64,000 nucleotides of DNA, taken from NCBI GenBank assembly GCA_043228905.1, contig JBHGNT010000017.1:18600001-18664000 (forward strand), given 5' to 3'. Of this stretch, positions 49,751 to 64,000 are shown in pieces; position 1 is the stretch's first letter, and each line of letters starts with the position of its first letter. This stretch comes from Azolla caroliniana. Taxonomy: Eukaryota; Plantae; Polypodiophyta. The notes under the pieces are model-generated. The model was not told the origin of the DNA. It did not search any database and saw only the letters and a program-made list of their open reading frames with translations. The translations under genes were made by a program, and so were the position numbers.

Positions 49751-51249
49751 CTCCACCGACATGAAGCATGTGCCCATGTATAACTATTATTACTAATGCT
49801 TTGGGACATACATATGTCTATAGCAATCCAAGAGTAGTTGAAAGGAACCATGGCTTTCGACAAAGAAGTGACCTTTCATATCAAGTGCATCTACATAAAC
49901 ACGCATGGCAGGCCGTGCGAGCATTGGGAATTGGATTTTGGTTAACTGATGGAGAAGCTAGCTAGAGTGCAGTACTTGTCTGAAAAGGATCCCAAAAATT
50001 GTGCATTGCTATATTACCTTGCTTTACAACACAAGAATGTTTTAATGAGTCTTTTTAAGCTGAGATGAGATGAGAAGGATAAAGATTTGTATGTGTTTCT
50101 AACTCGAGATTTTCAAGAGTAGAAAAAACAGGTTGTTGCATTAAAATGCATAATATGTTCTAATGGAAAACACCATCGTGATCTTGCTATAGCATTCTTC
50201 CTTCTTGATGGTGATTTAAGATCAGATCAATTGACATGGTAGAATTCATGCATTTAACATCTAATACAAGATTACTTTTGTTGGATAATAAGGGCAAGAT
50301 TGAAGCTGAATCAAAGATGATAGTTCTCCTACACATCTTAAGCAGTATTTGTTCTTGGGAGTAGTGCAAGTCGAGTGCATTGGACCTTTTGACAAAAGTA
50401 ATTAAATCTAGAACAACATCTCTTTCGGTGGTGAACATTAAGATTGATGCTAACACTTACCTTTGGTCCTTTCTCGGAAGATCTATACTTGTTGAGATGG
50501 AAAATATTATAGACTATTTGTATATTGGCCTTGACCACTTTAATTTTAATACCAATAGAGGATATTTAAAAAAGAAAAAGAAAAAAGGCATTACATGCAT
50601 TGTTGCAACCTCCCATGATCCCAATGACATGTCTCGTAACACTTTTGGTCATAGCATTCTCTAACCACATAAAAGATGTGCATTGACATGAGATGTTGAA
50701 AGAAGTTTGCAAAAAAGTGAGTCACAATGCTTATATGCAAGAACATTAACTAATTATGTTGTGAATCCAGGACTTCTAAGGTCTTCTTAGGGAGTTATAA
50801 TTGTCAAGAAATGGAAGATATAGTGAGTGGCACATAGCATAGAAATGATGACTACCTTCATACATATGGATATTCCCCTTTGTCATGAGTTGTGAGGGGC
50901 CAACATGCAAGTATGGGAAAGACTCATGATATTGACAAGTCTATGAATATCAGTTTTTTGTGGCATTAGTGATTAAAAATCTTGGAATGCAATGTGACAT
51001 TCCACATCAACATCTACTTGATATTCACAAATATTTACAGTTAAAGAGGGGTGGGGTTAAACATGGAACTAATGATTAAGCCAATAACATCTAATAAAGG
51101 AAATAAATAGATTAAAGGCACTTTCCTCCCAACCATCCCTGAGGAAAGGAATTTATGAGATAGATGGATCTTAAACACCATCAAATATTGCTTAAGACCA
51201 TACCTTGAATGCAAATCCACAATGCATTATTGTTTGCAAGAGGTTGAGA

Positions 51250-51295
<46 letters not shown>

Positions 51296-53259
51296 ATGAG
51301 GTTAGCCACTCATTTAATACTTGATCCCTAGGTCCTCAAGCCCCCGCATGCACTTGTCATGTGTCAGACTCGTGACCTTATAAGAATTGCCTCATTCCTA
51401 AGATACCCTAAAACCATTAAAATTTCTCCCTTGTGTAGTTGGCTATACTTATGCCAACAATTTAAATATGTAAAGTAAAATTACAAGACAGTGGTACAAC
51501 TTACCTTTAACCTATTCACTATACTTTATGAATTTACAAAAGCGTGGTTCAAATTTTGAATCCTAAGGTCATGATTGTCAAGAAGGTGGATCCTTCATTC
51601 TCAATGGTCAACATTTGACAACAACGAGTTGAAACTATTTCCACATCCTTATGTAATGAATCACATTATATGGAGCCTGCCAACTCAAATGTAAAACAAT
51701 GGTATAAAGAAGCAAACATACGTGTCATGCACATTATATCTTACTCCATGTGCTTGACATAATGTCATGAGCTCAAGACGTGTCATACTCTCTTGTCCGT
51801 CCTTGGTCATTAGACTTTCAGCATCTCCATTTTTTCATTGTCAACCATGGGTATTGTTGAAAAGAACACTCTCCTTGAGAGATTTCAAGTTTGAGAAATG
51901 TCCTTGTATTGAATATTAAGCATCATAGTCTCATGGTGAAGAAGTATGATTTGGGTTTTGAATGAAGTTCCATATTATATGTAAGTGTACTTTTTCAAAC
52001 TATATAATATATTGCACACTCAAGCTGATAGTTTGGCAAGACTGAGAGACCAAGAACCTTTTATTTTTAACCCTAAAAGATTCGACAAACGTATATAAAA
52101 TTATAAGATCAAGATTGGATGACATCGCTAGCATGATCCTAAAACATTTTTGATAATTTCCATCTAGCCAAGAGATGAAGAGGGGTTTAATATTATATCA
52201 AATAAAATACACACTCTCTTGGTTAACAACAGTCAATGATTTCTTGCACCCCCAATCGCAAGATACCAATAGTTGAGTGTGAGATGGAGGGGGAAATGCA
52301 AAAGTATACATTTCCCAAAGTTCCATTTGTGAATCATTAAGAATATATGCTAGTAACTTAAGTATCAATGGTTGCTTCTGTCGTTGTCGAAAGAAAATGT
52401 AACACTAATCTACTGATCATCGATAATGTAGAATTAACCCGGCACTTTCAAAATCTAGTGGAAATGCAAATTTTCATGATATCAAGACGACAAAAACCCA
52501 ATATTACAAACACCAATAATTCACGACTTTGATGAGAAAAAGCCCTGGGTACTCATCGTGATACCATAAGTACCTAGCCTTACAATAATTGTTTTGTGTC
52601 GAACATTGCAAAGCTTAGAATATTACTTAATAGCCGTTGTCAAGAAAACATGGAAAGTCCCAAGTCTAAAATAAAGGAAATTTAATTTGCAACTTGGTGG
52701 TTTCCATCAACAACAATAAGAGGACCAAAGCTCATATCAGACTGTATGGAAGGAAATTGGATCACTTTTGGAGCACATAATAATGGAGGACAAACTTTCC
52801 ATGGCTTACAATGTCACATTGTCGAATCAAGTAATGGCGAGTCCTCTAATAAAAAAAGATTTTCTTACCAAGGATGTGTTGCCTAGGCACAATAAGCTCA
52901 AGGGAGATCTAAAAATATATATAAGAGGCTTCCTATCGTATAGATCTAATCCGAAGGACCCAACGACAATTTCCCGAATAAGTAATCAAGCAAACAGATT
53001 TGCTAAATCATGTTGGATTGGAGGATCGGTTTGGTGCACACGAGAAGTCCGGCAACACATTCCACAACGAAGCTCAATCATATTTTTGAGGTGGATTGGA
53101 CAAAAGGGAAATATGTACTAGTGTATGAAGAAGACACACATAAACCTAGCAAAGCAAAGGTGTTATGTGGAGGAGGAGAGGGAAATGTAATGAAGAAAGG
53201 AAGGAGATAGATGGATGTAATGAATCAATCACTCACCAAAGGACAAAAAAACTGTATGG

Positions 53260-53607
53260 ATGGGATGGGATGGGATGATTGGATGCACTATCCCATGCCA
53301 TGCCATCAGGCCCGTCATCATCACATCCATCATATGCCATGCCATGCCATGCCATTCCATGTGCCATGGGGTTGCGTTATGCCATGCCCATCAGGTCCAT
53401 CATCATGCCATGCATGGGTTGCATTATGCCATGCCATTAGGCCCCATCATCATCACATCCATCATATACCATGCCATACCTTGTGCCATGCATGGGGATG
53501 CATTATGCCATGCCATTAGGCCCCATCATCATCACATCCATCATATACCATGCCATACCAGGTGCCATGGGATGCACAGTGCCATGCCACGTGGCATGGG
53601 ATGGAAT
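53260..53607. repeat. CCATG/CATGC-rich minisatellite
   Basis: Dense CCATGCCAT motifs with a repeated CATCATCACATCCATCATAT unit. Confidence 0.8.
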
Positions 53608-53886
53608 TAGTACGTAATATTCGTGTTCGTTAGCCCAAACATTCGTTTTCATACGGTTGAAACGAATGCGTATGTTATAAAAAACATTATTGTGTTTTTT
53701 TTAAAAAAACACCTTTTACCTTAAATTACCTTTAACTTCATTGCCCTAAAAAAAATTTATAAAAAATAATGAGTGCAAAAGTATGGTATTTACTATTTGC
53801 CAATACGTAGAGGGTGTTTTTCAATGCTCGAATGATAAAGAAGGTTAGAGAATGCGAATGCACGAATGATACGTATGTTTCATACT
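53608..53886. mobile_element. Possible MITE
   Basis: TAGTA...TACTA ends with imperfect inverted ATTCGTG/CACGAAT repeats and AT-rich core; no TSD recognised. Confidence 0.4.
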
Positions 53887-54034
53887 ACTGATCGATGATA
53901 TGATGAGGATGGTGATTGTGATGGCGATGGCGATGGCGATGATGCAAAATGGTCTGTCTATCTCTCATTTTCTGATTGTTGGAACTTGGGTTGTACCGTA
54001 CCTCCTCCCCTTCTCCCTATACCCCCCACTGTCA

Positions 54035-54063
54035 CAGACACAAACAGAAACAGAGAAACAGAG

Positions 54064-54118
<55 letters not shown>

Positions 54119-54231
54119 GAGAGAGAATGCACCTCCAGTACAGCCCTCTGCTATATACCTGCCAGTACTCTGTAGAGAATCAGAAGTAGTATACATATAC
54201 AATGTAGTACACACACAGACAAGGCAGGAAA

Positions 54232-54272
<41 letters not shown>

Positions 54273-54391
54273 CTTGACTGAGTGTGACATGAGTGGAAAA
54301 ACTGTCTTGAGAATATTCAGGAAAGCAAGAAATAATAGAGAGAGAATGCGGGTGGAAGGCACACATAACGAACCCACGCATTCCTCAAAGT

Positions 54392-54426
<35 letters not shown>

Positions 54427-55270
54427 CTCTCTATAAACTGTCATAACTCATTATTATGATTTGCTGCCCAGTAATGGTAATGGACCCATGGTAATGTTAA
54501 TGGTAATGGTGGCTGTAGTGGTAGAAAGGACGAATGTTCTGAGAAAGAAAGAAAGAAAGAAATATTAATGTCTTCTAAGGCCAAAATTGGCCCATGAGAG
54601 CGCACACACACACACACATGTCTTTCTGTCTGTAATGTATGTACATAAATTGTATGTATGTATAATGTAGATATGTATGTAAAATTGTAATTGTATGTAT
54701 GTACAATGTACATATGTATATGTATGTAAAATTGTAATTGTATGTATGTACAATGTACATATATATATGTATGTAAAATTGTAATTGTATGTATGTATAA
54801 TGTACATATTTATATGTATGTAAAATTGTAATTGGGGGAGAGGAGAAAGGGAGGTGCATTTCTGTAATTGATCCAAATATGTACAGGAAATCCGAACCAA
54901 CATTCTCTCTTCCTGAAAATTCAGAACTTTGTTGTTCTCTCTTCTTCCTCTTTTTTCCCTTTCTTTTTTGTTTTCAATGGGAGCTCTGATTTTGAAAGAA
55001 AAGAGAGCAGATGAAGGAAAAAGCAAAAAGCAAAAGGCAAATATTGGGGTGGGGGAATAGTCGTTGGTGTTTAAATCTCTCTGTAGCCTCTCTGTTTTGT
55101 TGTTGTATATACGACGTATACAGTATGTATATACATATATATACTGCGTATATACATATATGTATGAGCGAAATACTGCGTAATGGTTGGATTTAAGTGT
55201 AGTCTATATTCTGAGAGAGAGAGACAGAGAGGGAGAGACACAGACACAGACACAGACACAGAGAATTCAA
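54035..55270. repeat. Microsatellite-rich region upstream of the kinase gene: (GA)n, (CT)n and a ~50-bp TATG-rich tandem repeat at 54640-54832
   Basis: Directly visible simple repeats. Confidence 0.85.
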
Positions 55271-55917
55271 TGCGCTAAGGCCCCCCCCCCCCCCCCTTGT
55301 CTTAATGCAGTTAGTTGATGATCCTAATGGGATGGATTGATTATTCAGAGAAGATTTAGTTATTATGTATGCAATAATGTATGTATAGCTCATCTTTTCT
55401 TCCTTTTTTTTTTTTCTCTTGGTTTTGGCTCCAATTCTCGAGGCCCAAACTGTGTCCTGCTACTGCTCTGCCACTACTACTACTAATTAGTAATACACAC
55501 AGACGGATTTGATAGATGCAGATATATATATATGTGTGTGTGTGTGTGTGATATGATAGGATATGCATGATGTGGTAGTATTATGTACTGGGCGGATTCA
55601 TATTTTCAATGTTGCAGGTTTAATGGCGGTGCTGGTATCTTACCAAATTAGGTTGTCAGAAAAGATTTGGGTAACTTTCTCCCATTTTATTATCTTTCTC
55701 GCTACCTTTTATTTGTTCGTTAGCCTCTTCTTCTTCTTCTTCTTCTTCTTCTTCCCTGCAGACATACAACAAGGCCGCCTGAAGGTTCATTCGGAGTATC
55801 GATCGATAGTTTTTAAGGGGGGCCCCATTCCATTATTGTTTCTCGTTGCAGGTAACACAGTCATCACTGGTTCTTGTGTGCAAGATCTCTAGTTCGATCG
55901 ATCCATCCTGTTCAACA

Positions 55918-58900
55918 ATGTCATCAATGGAGAGCTCCTGCATCTATCCTTTCATCGTCATTACTCATTCATTGTCATTCTTTCTCCTCATCCTGGCTTC
56001 TCTCCCCTGCGTCTACGCCCAGCTTAACAATTCCGAAGGTAACCCATCCAATCTACCACCATTGTATCTGTTACAATCGGTGGGTGCATCTGCTCCATAT
56101 AATGTACAGGAATGATCGAGCAAACAAAATCAACACGATTTCTTTTCTTCATTCGGAGGTGATCCACTGATTAACTGCCGTTTTCTGTGCAGTCCTAGTG
56201 TTAATGTCTGTGAAGGAGAGCTTGGTGGATCCCCAGAATGCGACTTCCGGGTGGGACAGCGGATTCACTGACCCTTGTAGCTGGCATTACATCACTTGCT
56301 CTGCAGAACTCTCCGTTATAGAACTGTAATGATTCCCAATCAGCTCCTCCAACCCTAATTGCATTTCCTCACTCAATCCTCATTCTTCTCCATTAAATCT
56401 CCATATTATACAGGGACCTAGTAAGGTTGCAGCTCTCTGGAACCATTTCTCCTCAAATCTCAAACTTGCCTAACTTAAGAATACTGTAAGCGTCTCTGAT
56501 TAACCTTTTGCCCTAGTTAGTGATGGAACTCCATACTGATTAGCTATTAAATGATATGTCTAATTTGATTACACAGATCATTCGAGGGAAACGACATAAC
56601 TGGACCCATTCCTGAAGAGATTGGTTTGCTCTCAAACCTTCAGCTCCTTGATCTGGCCGGGAACAGACTGACTGGGTCCATTCCATCTTCGTTGGGACAA
56701 TTGAAAACCCTGAGTTCTTTGTGCGTACATCACCATATATACATTGTATATTGCTAATGGAGCAGATAATCACTGCTTGATGTATAGGGTTTAAGGCTGA
56801 TTCTTCCGGTATTTATTTATTTATTACCTTATTCTACAGGTTGTTGAACAATAACAGTCTCTCTGGACCTATCCCTCCATCACTGGCATCCATTCACACT
56901 CTGTCTTCTGTGTAAGCATTTCATTAATACAAATTCAGTCTGACACAAATTTGTTTTTGATTACTTATAATTAATGTGCTTACTGCTCCATTAATGCATA
57001 TTCATTTCTCTGTGACCTTCCTTTCATTCAAGCAGGGATTTCTCCAACAACAACCTTAGTGGCCAGCTCCCTAACTTCTCGACCACATCTGTGCGGTGAG
57101 CAACAGGAAATTAGGACAGGAGGAGAGGGGGGGGGCGATTAAAGCTTATTCATATTATTCAATTAAGAGTATTGGACAAAATGCAGGTTCTAACACTTGT
57201 GGCATTGACTGTTATACCAGCTCAGAAGGAAACACGCATCTTTGTGAGGACAAAACGGGCTCAAGCATTCCAGAATGTATCATGAATCATGGACAGCCTT
57301 TACTTCTTAATGAATCCTCAGGTTAGCTTGATGCGGTATCATGGATTCTATATGTAATATATGCCAAACGAAGTTTAGTCATCGTTCTGATGTGCTAGAT
57401 GATCCCACACTTTCGCTCAGGCATTCTTGGATCATAAACCCTAACAGGATTCCATCCTAAACCCTCAAACCATTTAATTATGGAAGGTTTAGCCTTAATT
57501 TGATGTCAGGTTAGTAATCTGAAATTTCTATCCATCTTTCAGGGGATACTTTGAAACACAAGCATGCTCGGTCTGCCTGGATAATATGTGGTGTGGTGCT
57601 GGTGCTCACCGTTTTCCTGGTGATGGGATGTACATGGTGTTATAGAAGAATTTATACATACTCCCAGAGAACGTCTAATGGTAATTTTACCAGACTTAAT
57701 TTGCTTCTTTCCTTGCTTAGCTAGAAGTGGTGACTTTAATTAAGTGTCTTGCTCTTGCTACCCAGGGTTAAAGCATTTGTTTTTCACATTCGCAGGCCAG
57801 CAAGTGTTAGATACGGAGATGTGTTTGGGACAACTTATGAGGTATTCCTTGCGAGAATTGCAACAAGCTACTAATAACTTCAGTGCAAGCAATCATCTGG
57901 GAACAGGGGGTTCCGGAAATGTTTATAAGGGGTTCCTTCCCGATGGGTCTGTTGTAGCTGTGAAGAGATTGAGGAATCGGCAAGCGGCAGCTGAATTCAA
58001 AGTAGAGCTAGAGATGATTAGCCTTGCTGCACACCGGAACCTTCTTCGATTGCTGGGATACTGCTCTTCCTCTACTGACATTGTTCTTATTTATCCTTAC
58101 ATGAGAAATGGCAGTGTTGCTACCTGCCTCCAAGGTGAGGCAGATGATTGTTTCATGAGTTTTGTTACTGTGTATGCAACCAACAGCCTTTGAACTATCT
58201 ATCTAGTGTACAATATAAGCAAGCATATTTACACCCTTGTGAATGTGAGGGGATGAATACCTTTTAGGTTACATCCCATGATTGACATTGTCACGTTTGT
58301 GATTGGAAGGAGCATATACTCACTCCATCGGAGAATTGATATAAGGCTATTCGAAACCTTATGCGGTTTTATCAATGGTGTGTTGTTTATTTGTGTGCAG
58401 AAAAGAGGCCTTTAGATTGGGCAGCTAGAAAGCGCATTGCACTCGGATCGGCACGAGCATTAGTGTACCTGCATGAGCAATGCGACCCTAAAATCATTCA
58501 TGGAGATGTCAAAGCGGCCAATATTTTGCTTGATGATCAAGGGGAGGCTGTTGTAGCTGATTTTGGGCTTGCAAAGTTCTTGGATCATAGTGTTTCCCAT
58601 GTTACCACAGCTGTGAGAGGGACCATTGGTTACATCGCACCAGAGTCACTATCGGGGCAAATCTCTGCTAAAACAGACGTGTTTAGCTATGGGATTTTGC
58701 TCTTGGAGCTAATTTTAGGACAAACCGAACATGGTTTTCGACGAATGTCTGGTCAGAATCTCCTTTCATGGGTAAGGCCTCCTACCTCAATGTTTGTGCT
58801 GACTTACCATTCCTACATACAAGGGACCTTCATTCACCCTTGTTTATTTATGTTATTGGTAGGTGACTAGGCTATATCAAGAGAAAAGACTGCATGAGCT

Positions 58901-59204
58901 CGTGGATGAGCAATTGAGGAGAGTGGGGTATGAACCCACGGAACTCGAGGAGATGGTACAAGTAGCTCTCCTATGCACATTGTCTCACTATGTGGAGAGG
59001 CCGAAGATGTCTGAGGTTTTGCAAATGCTTGAGGGGGATGGGCTAGGCCAGAGATGGGAGATGTTGCAGAAGGCTGAGGAAGATAGGAGTAAAACTATGT
59101 CACTAGAGCAAGATCAACAAGCATTCCTACCATCATCATATGTTGACTTACTATGTGATGCCACTCAACATGCCGTTGAGCTTCAGCTGTCTGGCCCTCG
59201 ATAA
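55918..59204 (+). CDS. LRR receptor-like kinase, subfamily II (SERK/NIK/CIK-like); exons 55918-56038, 56193-56325, 56414-56485, 56577-56720, 56840-56911, 57036-57095, 57221-57321, 57543-57680, 57796-58134, 58401-58771, 58863-59204
   Basis: GT-AG junctions keep frame; signal peptide, [10 protein letters not shown] cap, 72/144-bp LRR exons, TM helix, kinase ([27 protein letters not shown]), C-terminal LSGPR. Confidence 0.9.
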
Positions 59205-60617
59205 ATGTCACTACTAGCTACTAGCTTAAGTTGTAAATCGTGAAGAGTGGAGTTGGGGATGTATGTGTTTTTCTTTCCAACCCTCATATATAGAAATTGT
59301 GCATAGTATATATAACGTATGTAGTTTACACATGGGAGTATTTAATAGGTTTTCTTGTACTCAATTTTTTGTTCAAGTTTGAGAAAAGCCTCAAAATCAA
59401 ATCCTGATCCATATCCCAAGCTGTACCCAGCAATGATGCGGTTTTCTTTCCAATCCTCATACACATTGTGCATAGTAGTATATATATAACGTGGTTTATT
59501 TATACATATGGAATTTTCAATGGCTTTTCTATTACTCTAATGATTTTTAAAGTCTTATTCACATACCCAGCTGTACCGCTCACATGAATTTTTTATTTAA
59601 ACAGAATGTCTATGTTGCTTTTCAAGTTTATGCTCCTCTGTAGCTACACTAGGATGTGTATTCAGTTTTTAAAATTCTCAATCCTTGAAAAGCTTACGCT
59701 CATTTGTTAAACCTTGATTTCTTTTCATGCTTTTTGGTTGTGAATTTTACTCTTTCGTGTATTTTCCCCTGCAAGTACTTCACTTTCATTGACTGGTGAA
59801 TTTGTGATGTCATGATAAGAGCTACTTTTGTATTTGAATATATTGGGTCTTTGAAGTGAACCTAAACACTTTTTTTTTTAAAAACTTTCCTCCATTGACT
59901 TGTGTATATACATCATTGATAACGGCGCCACACCCCACACCTTTTGTTATGCATCCAACTTAATCTATGGGTGCGTACCACTTTTACCAAGCTATTTTTG
60001 CAAATCATCAATGCATGTCAATCCCAAGTCTCTTACAGCTTTTTTTTTGCTTACTCTTGATTCACTTCAAGTAGAAGATGTAATCTTTCTAGATGGAAAA
60101 TTTGACAAACATAGACTTTCAAATTATAAAATATCTATTCAAATTAGGGTATTACAATCACCTTGCAACCATTAGAGGGTCCAACTGGGCATATTTGGTG
60201 TAAAATCTTCACATTACATAACTCTCATGTGGAAGGCACAGTACAGATTCAAAATCATGTTTGTGATAAAGAGTATGACAGATGTGGAAGAACAGTATTC
60301 GGATTACCATATTGAGATACATGCACTAGAAATTCCTACACAGGCCCTGTTCATCAAGAAAAAAGCAATGCTACACCATTTCATTTCTGGCAATGTCACC
60401 ATCCAGTTCACTGTTATTAGCTAGAAAGTATAGGCGTAAGGTATGAATCACATTTAAGAAAATACGCCCAGCCAGATTTGACGCCATTTGCCAAGAAAAC
60501 AGCCTTGGATGTACATACAGGAAAATTCTCATCATTCACATCCCCCCTCATGTTTTCTGGGTCACTCTAACCCTTATCTGAGTCAAGCATGTTCTTCTGC
60601 CAATCTTAGAGATATCA

Positions 60618-62146
60618 TCAATATAATAGTTTCTGAAGATAGATATCGAGAGCCTTCATAGCCTTCTTTATAAGCAACTTTTGGTGTATTCTATACCTGC
60701 AAATACAAACAAGATGATTATATTGAACCTTTCTTACCTTGTCCAAAACAAAAGATTTGCAAGTCAGAAACTTACTCAACAGCTACTCTCCACCGTTTGC
60801 TCTGTTTTTCAGAGTTAGAGGCTGCACATGATACAAAAAAATGTTCAGTTGACTTTTGAAGGGCCACTGTATGCTGTATCAGGAGTTCTTGCATATTCCA
60901 AGAAATTATATGCCGCTAATGCCAGCACTGAGAACAATTTCATTGAAAGTATCCTATCTATAGAGCTGAGAAAAGAGCTGTATCAGGAGTTCTTGCATAT
61001 TCCAAGAAATTATATGCTGCTAATGCCAGCACTGAGAACAATTTCATTGAAAGTATCCTATATATAGAGCTGAGAAAAGAGCTGCTACAATGCAAGAATT
61101 TTACTCAGCAACTCTGATCATTAAGCATTAAGCATTGTAGTACACTAAACCAGCATAATTTTTACCTACTTGTGAGGAATCTTAGAAATGTTACCTAGCA
61201 ACTTCAGATCTGTTTCCATAGTTGTGGAGTATGTATTGAGCATCATTGTACACTCTCTGACCAGCCCTTTCACAGCAATGCTTTCAGCACTTGGTAGAAA
61301 TGGAAGGTCGCCCTCTGACCAAAATGGCATGTTTCTAGCTACAGCTAATAGGTAGCCATCCAGAAATTTATCTCCAGTTTTCACACCATTACCTGAAAAA
61401 CCATTTAACTGTTATAGCTCTGTAGAGAGGGAGAGAGAGCTACATTCTTTCATACTCACATCCACATGGAGTGAAGGAATTATACCATTATAATAATATT
61501 CATCTGGTAACCCAGATATGTGAAAGACAGAAAGGAAGGAATCCTTGTGTATTCTCACGTCTCCTGAGAAATTCAGTTTCTCCCAGGAATTCTGTTCCAG
61601 ATAAAAAAAAAAGTATTTCATTGCTCCAGAGGATAAGCACAGGTTGATACCAGCATCCATGTATTCAGACCATCGTTTAGCAATAAAGAAAAACAAAAGA
61701 ATCCAGAGGTTCATCAGTTTGGAGTGATAAACAATCTCTAGTTCTGTCCACTTACAGAACTTTAGAGCAACCTATGCAACTGGTTGCCGAATTAAAAGAG
61801 AACCACCAAAAAAACATGCAAACACATTATCTAACAGTACATCTATAACACCTACCTCTGGAGACGAGAAACCAAAAGTCTGAACATACTTCTGATTGGG
61901 TGCCTTTCCCATGTAATTTAACGTCAGCTGCAGAAAAACAGATGTAAGATTCAAAATAAGTCACTTTATCATTTGGAAAAGTTATTGACCATGCATTGCA
62001 TTACATTCATTTTGCTAACTGGGACTTGAATCATACCTCTGTTCCAGCCTTTATACTTTGATTGCGGTTTAGAAGTACCTCAAGCATTCTATCTTTCCTC
62101 CGCCATCGATATGAACAAGTTGGTTGTAGTGAGTGATTCATCATAT
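60618..62146 (-). CDS. PTAC14: 3' exons of a pTAC14/PAP7-like plastid SET-domain protein; exons 62037-62146, 61856-61927, 61486-61591, 61195-61392, 60776-60821, 60618-60696; upstream exons not located in the window
   Basis: DMMNHS (SET motif), RIHKDSFLSVFHISGLPDEYY, WSEGDLPFLPSAE and YRIHQKL...KALDIY match pTAC14 as I recall it; canonical splice sites. Confidence 0.8.
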
Positions 62147-64000
62147 CTATGACAAAATAATTCACAGTGAGCAACTATATTTTAAGATATCAACCCAATA
62201 GATTTCTAGGAATATTTTCTGTTATCAGTATTCTCAGAATGTAGCCTGCAGGGAACAAGATTCTTGAGGAAGTTTTCAGATATTTGGAAGTTTATGGGCC
62301 AAGGAATGGCAAGGATAGATTTTCTCATGTTTTACTTAAGATGCCTACTTGATATTTGAGTTCAAGAAAATCCTAACTAGAACAATACAGAAAAATTATA
62401 AAGCTGCATCGACAGCATCACGTGTACTCCACAGAGTATAGAATAGTTGTATTATCAGAATAACTCACATCCAGGACTTCTGCATAACAGTGATAAGTTT
62501 TGCATCCATGTATAGTCACTAACAATGTAACCATTTTTATGCTAGTCACTCTGATATTCAATTGTTTCATCACATGCAGCCACACGATATCTTTGTGCAT
62601 TGCCACAATCTTCATAACCATTCTTGCTTCTTTTTACACGTTTATAAAACTAAATGTAACAGTGGACATATGTGAAAAAATTCTCATGGGAACTAAGGAT
62701 GAGAGAGATTCCTGCTGCAACTGCCAGTTAAAAGATATCATTATGTCCAGAAGCTGGGACAGTGGACACGTGACAATTTTAATGGGGTCTGTTGTTTCAA
62801 TCTTCAATAGGTTCCATGCCTATCATGTAATAAGTTCTTTCCATAGATAGGTCTTCACAAACAATGCAATGTCACATCAGAATATGGGATTCAAATCACG
62901 TGCAAGTTGGTTTTATGGCCATCAAATTGAGACATGAAACATGCAGTTTCATGAATTTTTATAATTTAGTGTGCCTCCTTGCCTTGATAATTTTGTCATT
63001 CACTGAACCCAAGATTGTAAGATCCTTGAAAAGAAATTTCAAGGTATACGAAGTCCAGAATATACATCTCTTTAATTTGGCGAGTAAACTTATTTTAGAT
63101 TAATTTGCCTACTTTTTGTAACCCAATTTCTTTGCTTCTCAAGAGTTTCTCCTGCTAGTGTTGAAGTTCAAGCAAGATGGATGTGGCTTTACTCTAAATC
63201 CCATAGGTAATTTTGGTCTTTCCAAGATGTTATAACATTTCATTTCTCTCTCCAAATTTGCATCATGTTTCAGAAGTCCAAATTTTGGAAATTCTAAATC
63301 TTGTTTTTTCAGTAATCCCTCAATCTGATCATATTTCAGAAAACTCTCTGAAATCTAGAAATTTAGAACCTTAATCTTTGTAAGTTTGTAATTCTGAAGT
63401 ATCTAACCAAGATGTCCTCAACTGCAATGTAAGTTACTTAATATAATGGTCTTTCATCAAGCCATTTCACTAGTCACCTTGAGATAGAACACCCCAGTTT
63501 GGGTGTAATGTTTCGTGAGAACAATGCCTGAAACTAAAAAGATATGTAAAAAGACATCCCTAGACTTACACTGCCATATCTTCATTAGAAGTATAGATTG
63601 GATTGTAGCCTTGGTTCTGTAACTTTCATTCATTTTACAGTACATCTGGCTATTGCATTATGTTGCCGCCAGCCTTGCATTTATGAATATTACAAAGGCC
63701 CGTTTCAGCATTTCAAATTTCTGCAGCAACATATACATGCTAAATGGGCTGTACCATAGTGAATTCTTTCTCTTGCATCTTGAAAGCCAATAACTTTCTT
63801 GGTATCTAGCTTAAATATCACAGTAAGTTGAGCTGCAGGTTGGGAATTCAACTCCCATGATTGCCCCAGATTCTGTTGGTGATAGCCAATGTTAGACCCC
63901 CTTCACATATATATAATGTCTTTTAAGACACCAAAATGGGCCACAAGACCAAACACTAGATTACACCTTAAAATGTTGTCTCTTTTTAAGACAACAAACA

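Noticed and set aside
51900-53210. Faint gypsy RNase H/integrase-like traces and ORF 52768-53121
   Set aside because: No convincing catalytic motifs visible.
53211-53610. His/Cys/Met-rich ORFs suggesting metal-binding peptides
   Set aside because: Translation artefact of the CCATG minisatellite.
62147-64000. Further pTAC14 exons
   Set aside because: No segment with a recognisable peptide and splice sites; treated as intron.

Overview
Eukaryotic nuclear DNA, most likely from a non-seed land plant such as a fern (inferred from Tcn1-type chromoviruses, an RTE/RTEX-like LINE, and intron-rich SERK-like and pTAC14-like genes). Bases 1-53 kb are a nested transposon cluster: four Tcn1-like Ty3/gypsy chromoviruses (one with apparently identical LTRs and a TSD), a non-chromovirus gypsy element with a gag-pro/pol split, a tRNA-Met-primed Ty1/copia element, L1 LINE relics, an RTE/RTEX-like LINE, a pogo/Tigger transposon and hAT-like MITEs. 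Bases 55.9-62.1 kb hold an 11-exon LRR-II receptor kinase with a non-RD catalytic loop (+) and the 3' exons of a pTAC14/PAP7-like SET-domain gene (-). The most notable pattern is a shared LTR layout in the Tcn1-like families: an outward-facing tRNA-like A-box/B-box module, then heat-shock-element or RY arrays, TATA, and an 11-nt self-primer that co-varies with the PBS. Three -1 frameshift signals with predicted pseudoknots and a structured 106-bp LTR repeat were also seen. All calls were made by eye; no database searches were run.
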